From Ignavibacteriota bacterium (lineage in GTDB: Bacteria > Bacteroidota > Ignavibacteria > UBA10030 > SZUA-254): a stretch of 64,000 nt of DNA. Below are positions 62,957-64,000 of the stretch, piece after piece. The notes beneath the pieces were generated by a model that did not search any database, was not told the DNA's origin, and saw only the letters and a list, made by a program, of their open reading frames with translations. The stretch spans positions 19,403 through 83,402 of the forward strand of contig JANYJZ010000018.1 in NCBI GenBank assembly GCA_025358305.1. Direction: 5' to 3'. The position numbers and the translations under genes were made by a program. Each line of letters begins with the position of its first letter. Position 1 is the first letter of the stretch.

Positions 62957-63237
62957 GGTGTTCCCGCGTAAGAAATGGAATTCAGTCCGACTGAAGTAGA
63001 TATAATCTATAAAAAATCGGCAGAATTGCAATTTCTTCACGATGGGGGTGATACCTTCACATCGCAGACAGGTCCTTCGAAGTGCTCACAAACAGTCAAG
63101 CGTCGGATCGATTGGACGCGCAATTCCCTCGTGCCATCGACACTGCTCCCTTGCCAGCGGTGCTGGCGCTGATCGCGCAGGAAGATAGATCCCCGCCGAG
63201 AGTTCACGACCACCTGCGGTGGGCTCTGGTTCCACAC

Positions 63238-64000
63238 TCACCTCATAAGGACCAGCGTACGAACTGCGGTGAACGACCCGGCCGTGAGCCGATAGAAGTA
63301 GACGCCGCTCGGTACTGCGGCAGCGTTCCACTCCACGGACCTGTCGCCGGCCGACTGGTAGTCGTCGACAACTGTCGCCACAGTGCGCCCGAGGACGTCG
63401 AACACCTGCAAGAGCACGCGTCCATCGACGGGTGTCTGGTACCCGATCGAGGTTGTTGGATTGAACGGGTTCGGATAATTCTGGCTGAGCCCGAACGTTG
63501 TCGGTACCTCGCCTGACATGAGGGACGCGACGCCTCCGGGCGCGGACGGAGGCAGTTCTGACGTCGGCGTGATCCGGATGCGGTTCGACGCCGAGAGAAG
63601 CGCGGCTGACGCAAGAGAAAGCGTCCCACTCTGATTCACCTTCACCCAATACGCTTTACCGGGATCGATGACCGTGGCGGTCAGATACGATCCGGCATAG
63701 GCGAAGAACTGCGAGGTGACGATGCCGCCGGGGCTGGAAGTCACAGACCCGACAGAGACGGATGCGCTGATCGAGCCGATGAGATTCCATCCCTCCGACA
63801 CGCTGATCGAATCCGACCAACGCGGTAACCCGGTGAGATCGACCACCTGCACCCCGGAAAACTTCATCCAGTAGCCGGGCCCGTTCTTCAGTGTCTCCTT
63901 CAAGGCATAGGTCCCGTCGAACACGAAGGCATTACTCGTGGCCGTTGGAAAGAGAATGGTCTTGCGGTCATCGGTTCGCGACGTCGGGAGGCTGACGAGG
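63238..64000 (-). CDS. T9SS-type CTD secreted protein, C-terminal part only (5' end outside window)
   Basis: Frame open to the window end; GYWMK / GWNLIG / AYWVK module; LSQNYPNPFNP...SGVYFYRL. Confidence 0.85.
   Translation of the reverse strand, partial: LVSLPTSRTDDRKTILFPTATSNAFVFDGTYALKETLKNGPGYWMKFSGVQVVDLTGLPRWSDSISVSEGWNLIGSISASVSVGSVTSSPGGIVTSQFFAYAGSYLTATVIDPGKAYWVKVNQSGTLSLASAALLSASNRIRITPTSELPPSAPGGVASLMSGEVPTTFGLSQNYPNPFNPTTSIGYQTPVDGRVLLQVFDVLGRTVATVVDDYQSAGDRSVEWNAAAVPSGVYFYRLTAGSFTAVRTLVLMR

Overview
A GC-rich, gene-dense chromosomal window that is mostly housekeeping. It most likely comes from an Ignavibacteria-like member of the FCB (Bacteroidota/Chlorobi) group. This is an inference from 'LSQNYPNPFN' T9SS-type C-termini, the lpxC-fabZ fusion, the uppS-bamA-skp-skp-lpxD-lpxC/fabZ-lpxA cluster and the three-gene sdhCAB. 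About 55 CDS, one tRNA-Pro(GGG), many clear sigma70-type promoters and several hairpins can be supported. No CRISPR array, IS element, prophage or rRNA is evident. The most interesting signals are: (i) a Cyc2-like monoheme cytochrome-porin followed by a periplasmic monoheme cytochrome c and a TPR/pseudo-receiver protein, divergent from an orphan sensor kinase that has a structured leader (33.1-37.7 kb); (ii) an unassigned 150-nt nested-hairpin element followed by a promoter that fires from inside an intrinsic terminator in front of the yitJ-like methionine gene (7.9-8.1 kb); (iii) a class II aldolase with a microcompartment-type C-terminal peptide; (iv) a 5x21-nt repeat in lptD that arrays FCB O-glycosylation sequons, plus a GT-C/TPR candidate transferase. 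All assignments were made by eye from motifs; no searches or folding programs were run.
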